Assembly (NCBI GenBank): GCA_950097015.1
Contig: CATNEN010000033.1
Span: forward strand, 2,790,001-2,854,000
Direction of reading: 5' to 3'
DNA: 64,000 nucleotides
Source: Macrostomum hystrix
Lineage: Eukaryota > Animalia > Platyhelminthes
The first letter of the stretch is position 1. Every line of letters begins with the position of its first letter. The notes beneath the pieces are model-generated. The model had not been told where the DNA came from. It saw nothing but the letters and a program-made list of their open reading frames with translations, and did not search any database. A program made the translations under genes and the position numbers. Of this stretch, positions 47,351-61,400 are shown one piece after another.

Positions 47351-49641
47351 GTGTGGCATGAGGTCGGTGTTAGATGATTGACAGAAATGGATGAATATAC
47401 TAGTATTTAATGATAATACGAGTCACTACAGCAAAAGACTGGGAACAGGAGACGTGAGTCCCCGGGGCTTGAAAAAGGGAAGTGTTGGTACAGCGGAAAC
47501 CGTAGATTGTTGACAACAACGTCACGAAAAGCACAAACTAGGCCAGCGACAAAAAGCAAATTGGCATGTAATATTGGCAAACGTGGCGCCTTTTGATTAT
47601 CTCAAAGTGAAGCAACACGGGCGACAATCATGTTCTCGCTTCCATCGCATTCTCTCAAGCACAGGTTAGGCTATCAGATACCCTTTTATGGCAAAGTCAA
47701 TGGCAACAGTGAAGCTGGTTGACTGGCTGTTGTGATTGAGCAATGAAGCACTGCTTGCGGGCTAAGCCTTTGTTAAGACAAAGACCAATGCGGCCTCAGA
47801 GCTAAAATGAATTAGCCGACTGGGTGATCTGTTGCGCGATCATGAAATGTTGTCGAAGGCTTTTGACAGCTCAAAAGATGAAGGAGGCTTACATAGGAAA
47901 CCGCATACGGCCCCCTGTTTATCCCATGCATAGCGATGAATCCTTCCCAGTGCCTGCAAACCGCGCCCGAGCACCTTCCCAGCTTTGATGGCGGAACAAT
48001 TTGTCAAGTGGGTGGGGGTAACGCGGTCGCGTCCCAAGCTCAGATTTTGTTATACCACCGCACAAACAGCTGGCGTGCCAGACAGAGAGAGACTGAGAAA
48101 TTGCTGGCCGTTCTTTGTCTGCTGCGGCAGCTGTCGCCGACAAGAGCTGAGAGGAGCTGATGACCTGGGATGAGTTTTTTTTAGCCAGGTATTTTTGATT
48201 CCTCAAAGAATGCTGGGCCGATGGCGCAGAAGCGGAAGCTGAGAAGTTTCTGAGAAGAAGGCTTGCAGAAGGAGAGTCAGGTGATCAGGCTCTGGCACCA
48301 ATTTGCCATTTGAAAGGTGCTGGCGTACATCTTGGAATGTTGCTGAACAATGAGCAATTCTTTGCATGAGGTGAAAAATGCCTCACTGAGCCCCAACCTG
48401 ATCAGGGGCTAGTAGGCCAGGTAGGCTAAGAGCTACTTCTGAATCGGCCCGTGCTCTGCGTGATTTTCTTCACGTCACCCACCTCCCTCCCATGAGACTA
48501 GCTCCCCCCAGGAATGAGGCAATTGCTGCTGCTGCAGCACCTCTGCTTCTTGCAGCACCTGCCTCCAGCTTCGTGCCTTTGCTCTGTAAAAAATTGGAGA
48601 AATTAGAGAAAAGAATGAAAGTGAGTTCCCCCATCACAGTTAATGACATTTTTCTTGCCGCTTCACTCGTACGCAGCTTTGACTTTCTTTGCTTTCATTT
48701 CAGAGCTCGTGCGATGCCAGCAAAGCGGCAAAAAACGTTTTTTTCCCGCGATTTTCTTAGAAGATCTTTCACTAGCAGTGAGCTGAAACCAGATACCTGC
48801 GTCGCAGTAAGCGACCTTGGAAGCCTAATTAAACTTCTGTCCACTTTTCTTAAAGAGAATTAAGGGATTTTTCCGCCAATTTGATAAACGGCTCCCACAC
48901 GGCGTCACTTCAGCTCCCAATTCACAATGCCAATCCAGCGGTTGCAGGACCCCCATGCCCTAGTGCTTGGCCAGGAAAATCAATAGATTATCCGCTAAGC
49001 TGTGAGCATGCGGTGTCTCTTCTAGTGTGCTCAATTATTTCTCAGCGCCATCAGTTGAGTAGGTTTGACTGGCGTGAATCGCTGCATGCGAGAAGGAAAT
49101 TAGTTCGGCTGCCGAGAGAGCAGACGGTTTGGACAGTCGGTCACACAGCAGCTGCATGCTGGCTCAAAGCAGCCAATGTGTTTCCCATCACACTGCCTCG
49201 ACCTACTCACCGGACTGAGGCAGTTTGCAACACCAGTAATTTGAGAACTCTACATGAGTATAAGAGCGATCGTGAGCAGGGACCCGAAGGATATGAGCAC
49301 TGGGGGTGGGTACTCACCGCACTGACAGGAGTGTTCAGCTTCAGCTGAGTATGTGTCCAAGACTTCTGTATCAGGCCTGGCATGGCCTTGGATTCAGCAA
49401 ACTCTCGCTAGCAACTGGTCCGAGGTCCGACTGCTGAAGACTGTACAGGCTTGAATTTCAGTGGAATCCACGGCTTTAAGGTGGAGCTGATTGTCAGGAA
49501 AACCAATCTGAGGACCGGGGGGTGGGTTGGGCAGCGATTGCAATGCGCCAACCTGATTGGCTGCCTAAAACTGCTTGAATGTGCAGATTCTGATACCCGG
49601 CTCTGGGGCGTGGGATTACTGAATTTCATAGAGGGATATTG

Positions 49642-51325
49642 TGATGCCAACTAAGAGATAATGTGATGCCAACTAAGAGATTATGTGATGCCAACTAAGA
49701 GATTATGTGATGTCAACTAAGAGATAATGTGATGCCAACTAAGAGATTATGTGATGCCAACTAAGAGATAATGTGAGGCCAACTAAGAGATTATGTGATG
49801 CCAACTAAGAGATTATGTGATGTCAACTAAGAGATAATGTGATGCCAACTAAGAGATTATGTGATGCCAACTAAGAGATAATGTGATGCCAACTAAGAGA
49901 TAATGTGATGCCAACTAAGAGATAATGTGATGCCAACTAAGAGATAATGTGATGCCAACTAAGAGATTATGTGATGCCAACTAAGAGATTATGTGATGCC
50001 TACTAAGAGATAATGTGATGCCTACTAAGAGATAATGTGACGCCAACTAAGAGATTATGTGAAGCCAACTAAGAGATAATGTGATGCCAACTAAGAGATT
50101 ATGTGATGCCAACTAAGAGATTATGTGATGCCAACTAAGAGATTATGTGATGCCTACTAAGAGATAATGTGATGCCAACTAAGAGATAATGTGACGCCAA
50201 CTAAGAGATAATGTGATGCCAACTAAGAGATAATGTGATGCCAACTAAGAGATTATGTGATGCCAACTAAGAGATAATGTGATGCCAACTAAGAGATTAT
50301 GTGATGCCAACTAAGAGATTATGTGATGCCTACTAAGAGATAATGTGATGCCTACTAAGAGATAATGTGACGCCAACTAAGAGATTATGTGAAGCCAACT
50401 AAGAGATAATGTGATGCCAACTAAGAGATTATGTGATGCCAACTAAGAGATTATGTGATGCCAACTAAGAGATTATGTGATGCCTACTAAGAGATAATGT
50501 GATGCCAACTAAGAGATAATGTGACGCCAACTAAGAGATAATGTGATGCCAACTAAGAGATAATGTGATGCCAACTAAGAGATTATGTGATGCCAACTAA
50601 GAGATAATGTGATGCCAACTAAGAGATTATGTGATGCCAACTAAGAGATTATGTGATGCCTACTAAGAGATTATGTGATGCCAACTAAGAGATAATGTGA
50701 TGTCAACTAAGAGATAATGTGATGCCAACTAAGAGATTATGTGATGCCAACTAAGAGATTATGTGATGCCAACTAAGAGATTATGTGATGCCTACTAAGA
50801 GATAATGTGATGCCAACTAAGAGATAATGTGATGCCAACTAAGAGATAATGTGATGCCAACTAAGAGATTATGTGATGCCAACTAAGAGATAATGTGATG
50901 CCAACTAAGAGATTATGTGATGCCAACTAAGAGATTATGTGATGCCTACTAAGAGATTATGTGATGCCTACTAAGAGATAATGTGATGCCAACTAAGAGA
51001 TAATGTGATGCCAACTAAGAGATTATGTGATGCCAACTAAGAGATTATGTGATGCCTACTAAGAGATTATGTGATGCCTACTAAGAGATTATGTGATGCC
51101 AACTAAGAGATAATGTGATGTCAAAAATGAGATTATGTGAAGCCAAATATCAGATAATGTGACGTCAAATGTGAGATAATGTGACGTTAAATGTGAGATA
51201 ATGTGACGTTAAATGTGAGATAATGTGACGTTAAATGTGAGATAATGTGACATCAAATGTGAGATAATGTGACGTTAAGTATCAGATAATGTGACGTTAA
51301 ATGTGAGATAATGTGATGCCAAATG
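49642..51325. repeat. 22-mer minisatellite GTGATGCCAACTAAGAGAT(T/A)AT
   Basis: About 75 units, with a divergent tail variant GTGACGTTAAATGTGAGATAAT after ~51120. Confidence 0.98.
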
Positions 51326-51779
51326 GGAAACAAATGAAATTAGATTTGTTAAATCCAACCAAGCTACACTTGGACGCAGTTTAATTGGGCCCATGACAAC
51401 GGGGTCTGAAAATATTCAGCAAGAAATTGGCTCAGAGAAAGATTGCGAAATCACGGGAAACAGACAATCGAGACGCATTTTCTGGCCAACAATCCGACAA
51501 GCAGCAGCTGCCACCCCAGCTGATCCTCGTCTGACTCCTGAAAATATTCCCAGCTCCCAGTGCAATATCCCCAGTGGGACTAAGCCACTTGTCCTTCTCC
51601 CTCGCAACCCAACACTGTGTTGACTCTCTGACAGCTATTTTACGACTCACCGGAGTGCCCCAATGCGTGAGTGCTCACTTCTGTCTGATCGGCGAGCTGA
51701 TTGTCGCCTGAAATAAATTGGAGCCAATTATGCACTATAACTCGATGGCTAAAGGAATTGGGCGCGCCATTCCAGCTGC

Positions 51780-52620
51780 AATAGTTGCTACGATTCCTGC
51801 TACGATTCCTGTCCACGATCCTTTTACAATTGTGAATCCGACCCCTGCTGCGATTCCAGGAAGGATTCCTGCTGCGATTCCAGGAAGGATTCCTGCTGTG
51901 ATTCCAGCTTGAATTCCTGCTGCGATTCCAGGAAGGATTCCTGCTGTGATTCCAGCTGTGATTCCAGCTTGAATTCCTGCTGCGATTCCAGGAAGGATTC
52001 CTGCTGCGATTCCAGGAAGGATTCCTGCTGCGATTCCAGCTTGAATTCCTGCTGCGATTCCAGGATGGATTCCTGCTGTGATTCCAGCTTGAATTCCTGC
52101 TGCGATTCCAGGATGGATTCCTGCTGTGATTCCAGCTTGAATTCCTGCTGCGATTCCAGGAAGGATTCCTGCTGCGATTCCAGCTGTGATTCCAGCTTGA
52201 ATTCCTGCTGCGATTCCAGGAAGGATTCCTGCTGCGATTCCAGGAAGGATTCCTGCTGCGATTCCAGGAAGGATTCCTGCTGCTATTCCAGGAAGGATTC
52301 CTGCTGTGATTCCAGCTTGAATTCCTGCTGCGATTCCAGGAAGGATTCCTGCTGCGATTCCAGGAAGGATTCCTGCTGCGATTCCAGGAAGGATTCCTGC
52401 TGCGATTTCAGGAAGGATTCCTGCTGCGATTCCAGGAAGGATTCCTGCTGCGATTCCAGGAAGGATTCCTGCTGCGATTCCAGGAAGGATCCCTGCTTCG
52501 ATTCCAGCTCGAATTCCTGCTGCGATTCCAGAAAGGATTTCTGCTGCGAAGGATTCTTGTTGCGATTCCAGTTTTGCGTTACTTTGATTCCTGCTCACAT
52601 TCTAGCTGCGACTCCTATGA
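51780..52620. repeat. 12/24-mer minisatellite ATTCCAGGAAGGATTCCTGCTGCG
   Basis: Accounts for the GILPGIAA and CCDSRKDS ORFs. Confidence 0.97.
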
Positions 52621-52990
52621 GCTGTTTCGGAAATTTATTCAAATACTGAATGAAATAAGTGGAGTTCAGGAATTATGCAACAAGAAAGAAGTTTCAAGCA
52701 GTGAGGGATTTGAGTACTGCTTTGAGTACTTTTATATTTAGCGGGCTCATTTGAGAGCAATTTAGTAGATTGACTTGCAACGCCTCGGTGGCGTTAGGGA
52801 ACATTGGTAATAGCGGGCGGCATTGCAGGTAGAATGGGATAGAAGCGAGTTTTTAATTTATGCTGTTACAGCGCAGAAGGACGAGCATAAGAAATTGTTA
52901 CACGATTAGAGAAATATTGCTTACTGTATTTCCCGAGGCCCAAAGCACCTCGATCGATTATGAATATTTCTAAGAAAAAAGCAACAAGCG

Positions 52991-53003
52991 GTTGCTATGG
53001 AAC
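52991..53003. promoter_or_regulatory. X-box-like site (13-bp variant)
   Basis: GTTGCTATGGAAC; no target gene identified. Confidence 0.35.
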
Positions 53004-53504
53004 AGTGAAGAATTAACAAAATAAACAGCTTCTTTTGCAAAGGAGGGTTAGATAAAAAACTATTCGTCAGAAAACAACAGACAGAATGACAGGCTGACAG
53101 ACTGAGTTACAGGGCAGGTACAGAAGCAGCTGAAGCATGCCAGGTTCACCGGTTAGATGCAGAGACTGCACTGAAAAGTCCGCAGACAAATTTGACTGAG
53201 CCCGACTGCTCGGTCCCTGCTGGCAGACTCCAATTGGGGGGAGACGGGCGGGTGGCAACTGAAAGTGCGCGTCACGCGAGCGGGCGGATATAAAAATGTG
53301 ATTTTTAGTTGGGCAAATCGATTGAGCTCACAATGCTAACCTGTTAGCGATTGCGCTTAAAATATCTCTCTGCAGACTAAAATAGGAAAATTCTTTCCGA
53401 CACGAACCAGAAGGGATTAGACATGGTTGCTAAGCAATGTGGTTGGCGCGTTTGGAAATTGCGCGCCCAGATCTAGCTGCGACTGTCGACAGGGCGACGG
53501 AAAG

Positions 53505-53890
53505 AAACTGGAGGGCGAGGGAAACAGGAGGGCGAGAGACACTGGAGGGCGAGAGATACTGGAGGGCGAGGGAAACTGGAGGGCGAGAGAAACAGGAGGG
53601 CGAGGGAAACAGGAGGGCGAGAGAAGCAGGAGGGCGAGGGAAACTGGAGGGCGAGGGAAACTGGAGGGCGAGGGAAACAGGAGGGCGAGAGACACTGGAG
53701 GGCGAGAGACACTGGAGGGCGAGAGAAGCAGGAGGGCGAGGGAAACTGGAGGGCGAGGGAAACAGGAGGGCGAGGGAAGCAGGAGGGCGAGAGACACTGG
53801 AGGGTGAGGGAAACAGGAGGGCGAGGGAAACTGGAGGGCGAGGGAAACAGGAGGGCGAGAGACACTGGAGGGCGAGAGACACTGGAGGGC
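53505..53890. repeat. 17-mer minisatellite GAGGGCGAGGGAAACTG and variants
   Basis: Read directly from the sequence. Confidence 0.95.
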
Positions 53891-55204
53891 GGGACAGTTT
53901 TTCTGGAGAAAGATAGCAGCAGGAATTGATTAGAGCTTCAACAAAGAGTTTATAAAAGTAAATCCAATGCCTCAGTTGGGAGGTGCAAAACTTAGGGGAA
54001 ATCGGGTTCAGGCGAATTCATAAAAATACTCCCAACACATGACTCAGAAGGGGATGGATGCGAGGAGCTGCAGTCTCGTGCCGCAGTGAGGTAGGCTAGC
54101 TAGCAAGTCCAGAGAGAAAAGTTGGAAACCGAAAAATAAAAATTACACAACATATCGCCCGGTGAAACGCTTTTTGAGGCAAATTACTATCGGCATGTCA
54201 GAAAATTATACATTTTCATATAATAATGATCGTGAAAACGTTTTGCGTCTACTATCAGTAGAATACTAAGCAACTTAGTAAAAACTTAATTAATATTAAA
54301 AAATCGTGTTCATTTAGTCAAAAAGACTTACTAAACCTGAATATTTAATAATAGAAAATTTCCTATAGTAAAGCTTTCATATAGTACTAAAAGCCTATAC
54401 ATTTTTATATATCGGAATACAGTTCTATATAAGTTTTTTTCGTTGGTATCTTCACATAAAATTAGAGATATTTCAATGCTATTAAATAAAATGAGTTAAT
54501 GTATTTGTTTTATATAAATCTCAACATATGGTCATTTGAGTTTTTTACCTATTCAATATTTGTGGCAATTCCTACTCTCGTATTTTAACCTATGATACAA
54601 AATATGTTGTGACAGAACTTACTACTCTACTAACAGTAGACAAATATATAGAAATTATTAAAGAACATGAAAAAATGTGCTTATACGCTAAAAATACCCC
54701 ATTTAGATTTAAGCAGGAATACTCAATCAGGACGAGGTAGCATTTCGTTCACGCCATTATTTTTCTTCGTTAAAAAACGCACAATATTTAAAACAATGCA
54801 AAGACAGAAAGAGAAGGGACCAATGCTTGCTGACTATATAAAAGCAATGGATTTCATAGTCAAACAAATTTTTAAATATCCGATATCTGTGTTTAAGTCT
54901 AGTTATTGCTAAAAGTGAAAATTAAAAACTGCAGGCAAAAATTTTAAGCCCGTGTCATCCAACAGCTGGGCATTAAGAACTAGAAATTTATTTGTTAAAC
55001 AGTTAAAAGAGATATTATCAATGCTGCTCAACTGTTCTCATTTGGCTCACGATGCTGCATGCGGTCCTGAGGTTTCCCGTGCGAGTGCTCGGACTCTGCT
55101 CAAACCACCTGGAGGCGGGGTGTGGACAGTAGAACTGTGCTCAATACTTTGAACTGAGGCAGTACTTTCTAGATCTTCAGAAAATACAAATATAATTTTA
55201 CATT

Positions 55205-55442
55205 TTGGCATGGATCCCAGTCCCATCCCTGATCCCATTCCCATCCCTGATCCCATTCCCATCCCTGATCCCATTCCCATCCCTGATCCTATTCCCATCC
55301 CTGATCACATTCCCATCCCTGATCACATTCCCATCCCGGATCCCATTCCCATCCCGGATCCCATTCCCATCCCGGATTCCATTCCCATCCCGGATTCCAT
55401 TCCCATCCTGGATCCCATTCCCATCCCAGTTCCAGATCCCAC
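55205..55442. repeat. 18-mer minisatellite CCCATTCCCATCCCTGAT
   Basis: About 13 units right after the end of the kinase ORF. Confidence 0.96.
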
Positions 55443-58400
55443 TCATTTCCTCACCTGATCCTGCGCCGCCAGCCGATAGTTAGGCTCGGTGGCCGGAAAG
55501 AAGTCGTCGAAAAAGTTCCTGAGGTACTCGAAGGTCGGGCGCTGGTCGGGCTGGTCAGCCCAGCAGCTCAGCATAACATCGTAAAGTCCCTCCGGACACT
55601 CCGCCGGCCGCGGCATCCTGTAGCCATTCTCGACAGCGCTCAGCGTCTCCGTGTTCGACATGCCAGCGTACGGCACCTGGCCACGGGTGACCACCTCGAA
55701 TACGACGATGCCGAAGGACCAGATGTCCGACTTGATGGAGAACCTGCCTAGCAACGCGGCCTCCGGGCTCGTCCATTTTATGGGAAACTTGGCGCCCTGC
55801 TTGGCCGTGTACTCGCCTCCGTCCGCGTCACCGATGGCTCGCGACAGGCCGAAGTCCGCCACCTTCACCATGTTGTTGTCGCCAACCAAAATGTTGCGCG
55901 CGGCCAGGTCGCGGTGAATGAACTTTTCTGCCTCCAGATAAGCCATTCCGCTTGCCACCTGAAGGGCCGGGGTTTTCATTAGTATTCCTGAAGTTCTGGA
56001 ACCACCTTTTTGCGATTCGTAATTAAGATTCACACTTCACCCTCGTTTCTTATTATACGAGCTTATGGCCAACCAAAATCACTAGTGCCCACTTCATTCC
56101 CGGAAATTAGTGCCCCACCTCACTCCCTGTAATTAGTGCCACACCTCACTACCTGTAATTAGTGCCACACCTCACTCCCTGTAATTAGTGCCACACCTCA
56201 CTCCCTGTAATTAGTGCCCCACCTCACTCCCTGTAATTAGTGCCACACCTTACTCCCTGTAATTAGTGCCACACCTCACTGCCTGTAATTAGTGCCACAC
56301 CTCACTCCCTGTAATTAGTGCCCCACCTCACTCCCTGTAATTAGTGCCACACCTCACTCCCTGTAATTAGTGCCACACCTCACTCCCTGTAATTTGTGCC
56401 CCACCTCACTCCCTGTAATTAGTGCCCCCACCTCACTCCCTGTAATTAGTGCCACACTTCCCTACCTGTAATTAGTGCCCCACCTCACTCCATGTAATCA
56501 GCGCTACACTCACCTGGCCCAGAATGTCCACCAGCACATCCAGCTCCAGCTGCGGGCGTGATTCGCGAAGGTGGATGAGCAGCGAGCCATGGCTCATGAG
56601 CTCGGTGACGATGAACACGGGATCTTCGCCCGTGCAGACAGCAAACAGCTGCACCAGTTTGGGGTGCCGCAGTCGCTTCATAATTCGCGCCTCCTTGAGG
56701 AAGTCCGCCCTAGACATGCTCCCCGATTTGAGCATCTTCACCGCCACCTCCTGGCGATCGTTGAACAGCGCCCGCCAGACCTCGCCGAACTGGCCGGAGC
56801 CCAGCTGCTCCAGCAGGCAGAGCTGGTCGCGGGGAATTTCCCATTGGTCCCTGGTCTGGTAGGACAGGTCGGCGAGCACAGGCAGCGGCTTCGGGCAGGG
56901 CTGAGTGAGGCAGCAGCAGAGGCCGTCAGGCTGCTCACTGTAGTTCGCAATCAGCGCCTGCATTGTGGCAAATTTGCGCCGGCTGGTGATGTAGAAGCCC
57001 GCCCAGTTGTCCAGCATGCGGATTCGGTAGTGCTTGACTGTGTCTCGGCCGCTAGCCTTGTCCAGGTCCAGCACCGACAGTGAGTAGGACTCTGCGGGCG
57101 GCGCAAGGCACTCCTTGTCACTCAGCTTAAACTGCATTCTAGTTGTCACTCCATCACTCTAGTTGTTACTCTAGCATTCTAGTTGTCACTTCATCACTCT
57201 AGTTGTTACTCTAGCATTCTAGTTGTCACTCCATCACTCTAGTTGTTACTCTAGCATTCTAGTTGTCACTTCATCACTCTAGTTGTCACTCCATCACTCT
57301 AGTTGTCACTCCATCAATCTAGTTGTCACTCCATCACTCTAGTTGTCACTCCACCATTCTAGTTGTCACTCCATCACTCTAGTTGTCACTCCATCAATCT
57401 AGTTGTCACTCCATCACTCTTGTTGGCACTCCATCACTCTTGTTGTCACTCAATCGTTTTAGTTGCCACTCCATTACTCTAGTTGTCACTCCATCAATCT
57501 AGTTGTCACTCCATCACTCTTGTTGGCACTCCATCACTCTAGTTGTCACTCCACCATTCTAGTTGTCACTCCATCACTCTAGTTGTCACTCCATCAATCT
57601 AGTTGTCACTCCATCACTCTTGTTGGCACTCCATCACTCTAGTTGTCACTCCACCATTCTAGTTGTCACTCCATTACTCTAGTTGTCACTCCATCAATCT
57701 AGTTGTCACTCCATCACTCTTGTTGGCACTCCATCACTCTTGTTGTCACTCAATCGTTTTAGTTGCCACTCCATTACTCTATTTGTCACTCCATCACTCT
57801 TGTTGGCACTCCATTACTCTAGTTGTCACTCCATTACTCTAGTTGTCACTCAATCACTCTAGTTGTCACTCCATTACTCTTGTTGGCACTCCATTACTCT
57901 AGTTGTCACTCAATCACTCTAGTTGTCACTCCATTACTCTAGTTGTCACTCTATCACTCTAGTTGTCACTCCATCACTTTAGTTGTCACTCCATCACTCT
58001 AGTTGTTACTCTATCATTACAATTCTCACTCCATCACTCTAGAAGTCTAAGGCACTCCATCACTCGCGCTAAAACACATGCTGTCAATGCTACTGCTCTG
58101 CAGGCCAGTAGTACTATAAGTAAAATTTGCATTGCATACAAATGAGCTGTGGAAAATGGGGTTGGCAATAAAAATCGCCTTTCAGTAAGTGCCGAGGCAG
58201 AATTTAGATTTTCAGGCAAGTAGGATCTCAACACTTCCTTCCTGTCGACACCACTGCTGCTGCTGCTGCTGCTGCTTTGAGCTCTCAGGATGCCTTTAGT
58301 TCTTTGGTTCCTGTTAGATTTGAATGGCAGTCAGTTCCTAGCAATGCTGCACAACAGTCTAACAGTCTCAGAGCTCAAACGAACTCAATCGGTGTCACTA

Positions 58401-61400
58401 AAGAAAAATTTCTAATTGACTGAAAAATCGGATTCATTCGATTTTGGCCTCAATGAGGACTTCTGTGAAGAGCTACTTTTGATTGGCAAGTTATTGGCAA
58501 GGTGATTTTTTTGGTTCCACTGTCTACAATTATATTTTTTCTACATTCTCATTTCTCTAGTTCATTATTTTTTCTAACCAGGCTTATCTAAACTATCACG
58601 CGGTCTGACAGTGGCTAAACTGTCAGCGTTATCTCGTAAAACTAGTTTACAACTTCAAAAAACTTGCCGCAATTCCGCCTAAATTATTCAGTGATTTTGC
58701 CGCCTCCACTTGACGCTGATGAGTAGAGTGCGCGACCTTTGAAATTCAGTTGCCAGGTGGCAGAAAATTCACTCTGCCTTTCACTCCGCCTCTCACTCTG
58801 CCTTTCACTCTGCCTATCTCTCTCCCTTTCACTCTGCCTATCTCTCTCCCTTTCACTCTGCCTATCTCTCTCCCTTTCACTCTGCCTATCTCTCTCCCTT
58901 TCACTCTGCCTATCTCTCTCCCTTTCACTCTGCCTATCTCTCTCCCTTTCACTCTGCCTATCTCTCTCCCTTTCACTCTGCCTATCTCTCTCCCTTTCAC
59001 TCTGCCTATCTCTCTCCCTTTCACTATTCGTTTCACTCTGCCTTTCAGTCTTCGTATCACTCTCTGCCCTTGCACTCTTCGTATCACTCTGCCTTTCAGT
59101 CTGCCTTTCACTCTGCCTTTCACTCTGCCTTTCACTCTTAGTATCACTCTCCCTTTCACTATTCGTTTCACTCTGCCTTTCAGTCTGCCTTTCACACTTC
59201 GTATCACTCTGAGCTCTCTGTGCCATTGCAGGCATGGCTGCACGGTTCGGGGCCTGAAAGCTGGGAACAATTGCGCCGCGCAGAAAGTCAAGCCGTTGGT
59301 CCTGGCATCCGCCTCACACCCGCAACGCCCCCCTCTCCCCACCAAAACAGAATCCCCAAGAGACACCCACGCATTCTCCACCCCAATTCCTATTCTGCCA
59401 TGTACCCTGCAGTCTGCAGCCTCCCCCACTCCCGCCCTGTTGTCTCCACCCGCCCTCCTGTGTAGGCCGCAGACGGCGCGGGGGCTGCAAGATTGCAATT
59501 TTAATTTTTTTAAATACACAGCAGAATCAGCAGTCAACAATGCTCACTAAGCCTCAAGTGGTTGGGCAACGCTTGGCGCAATACTCGTTATAGTTCCTGC
59601 TGCCTGCGTTGTATAGCAGCGGAGAATACATAAAGCACTGCGGACTTAGACACATGGAGGGACGGAGTCTGGGAGGGAGAGAGTCTGGGAGGGAGAGAGT
59701 CTGGGAGGGAGAGAGTCTGGGAGGGACGGAGTCTGGGAGGGAGAGAGTCTGGGAGGGAGAGAGTCTGGGAGGGAGAGAGTCTGGGAGGGACGGAGTCTGG
59801 GAAGGAGAGAGTCTGGGAGGGAGAGAGTCTGGGAGGGAGAGAGTCTGGGAGGGAGAGAGTCTGGGAGGGAGAGAGTCTGGGAGGGAGAGAGTCTGGGAGG
59901 GAGAGAGTCTGGGAGGGAGAGAGTCGGGGAGGGAGAGAGTCTGGGAGGGAGGGAGTCAGGGAGGGAGAGAGTCAGGGAGGGAGAGAGTCAGGGAGGGAGA
60001 GAGACAGGGGGAGAGTCAGGGAGGGAGAGAGACGGAAGGAGAGAGTCAGGGAGAGAGAGAGTCAGGGAGGGAGAGAGTCAGGGAGGGAGAGAGTCTGGGA
60101 GGGAGAGAGTCTGGGAGGGAGAGAGTCTGGGAGGGAGAGAGTCTGGGAGGGAGAGAGTCTGGGAGGGAGAGAGTCGGGGAGGGAGAGAGTCAGGGAGGGA
60201 GAGAGTCAGGGAGGGAGAGAGACAGGGGGAGAGTCAGGGAGGGAGAGAGACGGAAGGAGAGAGTCAGGGAGAGAGAGAGTCAGGGAGGGAGAGAGTCAGG
60301 GAGGGAGAGAGTCTGGGAGGGAGAGAGTCTGGGAGGGAGAGAGTCTGGGAGGGAGAGAGTCTGGGAGGGAGAGAGTCTGGGAGGGAGAGAGTCTGGGAGG
60401 GAGGGAGTCTGGGAGGGAGAGAGTCTGGGAGGGAGAGAGTCAGGGAGGGAGAGAGTCAGGGAGGGAGAGAGTCGGGGAGGGAGAGAGTCTGGGAGGGAGG
60501 GAGTCAGGGAGGGAGAGAGTCTGGGAGGGAGAGAGTCTGGGAGGGAGAGAGTCTGGGAGGGAGAGAGTCAGGGAGGGAGAGAGTCTGGGAGGGAGGGAGT
60601 CAGGGAGGGAGAGAGACGGAAGGAGAGAGTCAGGGAGAGAGAGAGTCTGGGAGGGAGAGAGTCAGGGAGGGAGAGAGTCTGGGAGGGAGAGAGTCTGGGA
60701 GGGAGAGAGTCTGGGAGGGAGAGAGTCTGGGAGGGAGAGAGTCGGGGAGGGAGAGAGTCTGGGAGGGAGAGAGTCTGGGAGGGAGAGAGTCTGGGAGGGA
60801 GAGAGTCTGGGAGGGAGAGAGTCGGGGAGGGAGAGAGTCTGGGAGGGAGGGAGTCAGGGAGGGAGAGAGTCTGGGAGGGAGAGAGTCGGGGAGGGAGAGA
60901 GTCAGGGAGGGAGAGAGACAGGGGGAGAGTCAGGGAGGGAGAGAGACGGAAGGAGAGAGTCAGGGAGAGAGAGAGTCAGGGAGGGAGAGAGTCAGGGAGG
61001 GAGAGAGTAAGGAAGGGAGAGAGTCTGGGAGGGAGAGAGTCAGGGAGAGAGAGTCAGGGAGGGAGAGAAACAGGGAGGGAGAGAGTCAGGGAGGGAGAGA
61101 GTCAGGGAGGGAGAGAGTCAGGGAGGGAGAGAGACAGGGGGAGAGTCAGGGAGGGAGAGAGACGGAGGGAGAGAGTCAGAGAGGGAGAGAGTCTGGGAGG
61201 GAGGGAGTCTGGGAGGGAGAGAGTTTGGGAGGGAGAGAGACAGGGAGGGAGAGATTCAGGGAGGGAGAGAGTCAGGGAGGGAGAGAGTCAGGGAGGGAGA
61301 GAGTCAGGGAGGGAGAGAGACAGGGAGAGAGTCAGGGAGGGAGAGAGACGGAGGGAGAGAGTCAGAGAGGGAGAGAGACAGGGAGGGAGAAAGTCAGGGA

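Noticed and set aside
51735-52649. GILPGIAA ORF and Cys-rich CCDS ORF (metallothionein/keratin-associated-like)
   Set aside because: Both are readings of one tandem array, with no splice or start context.
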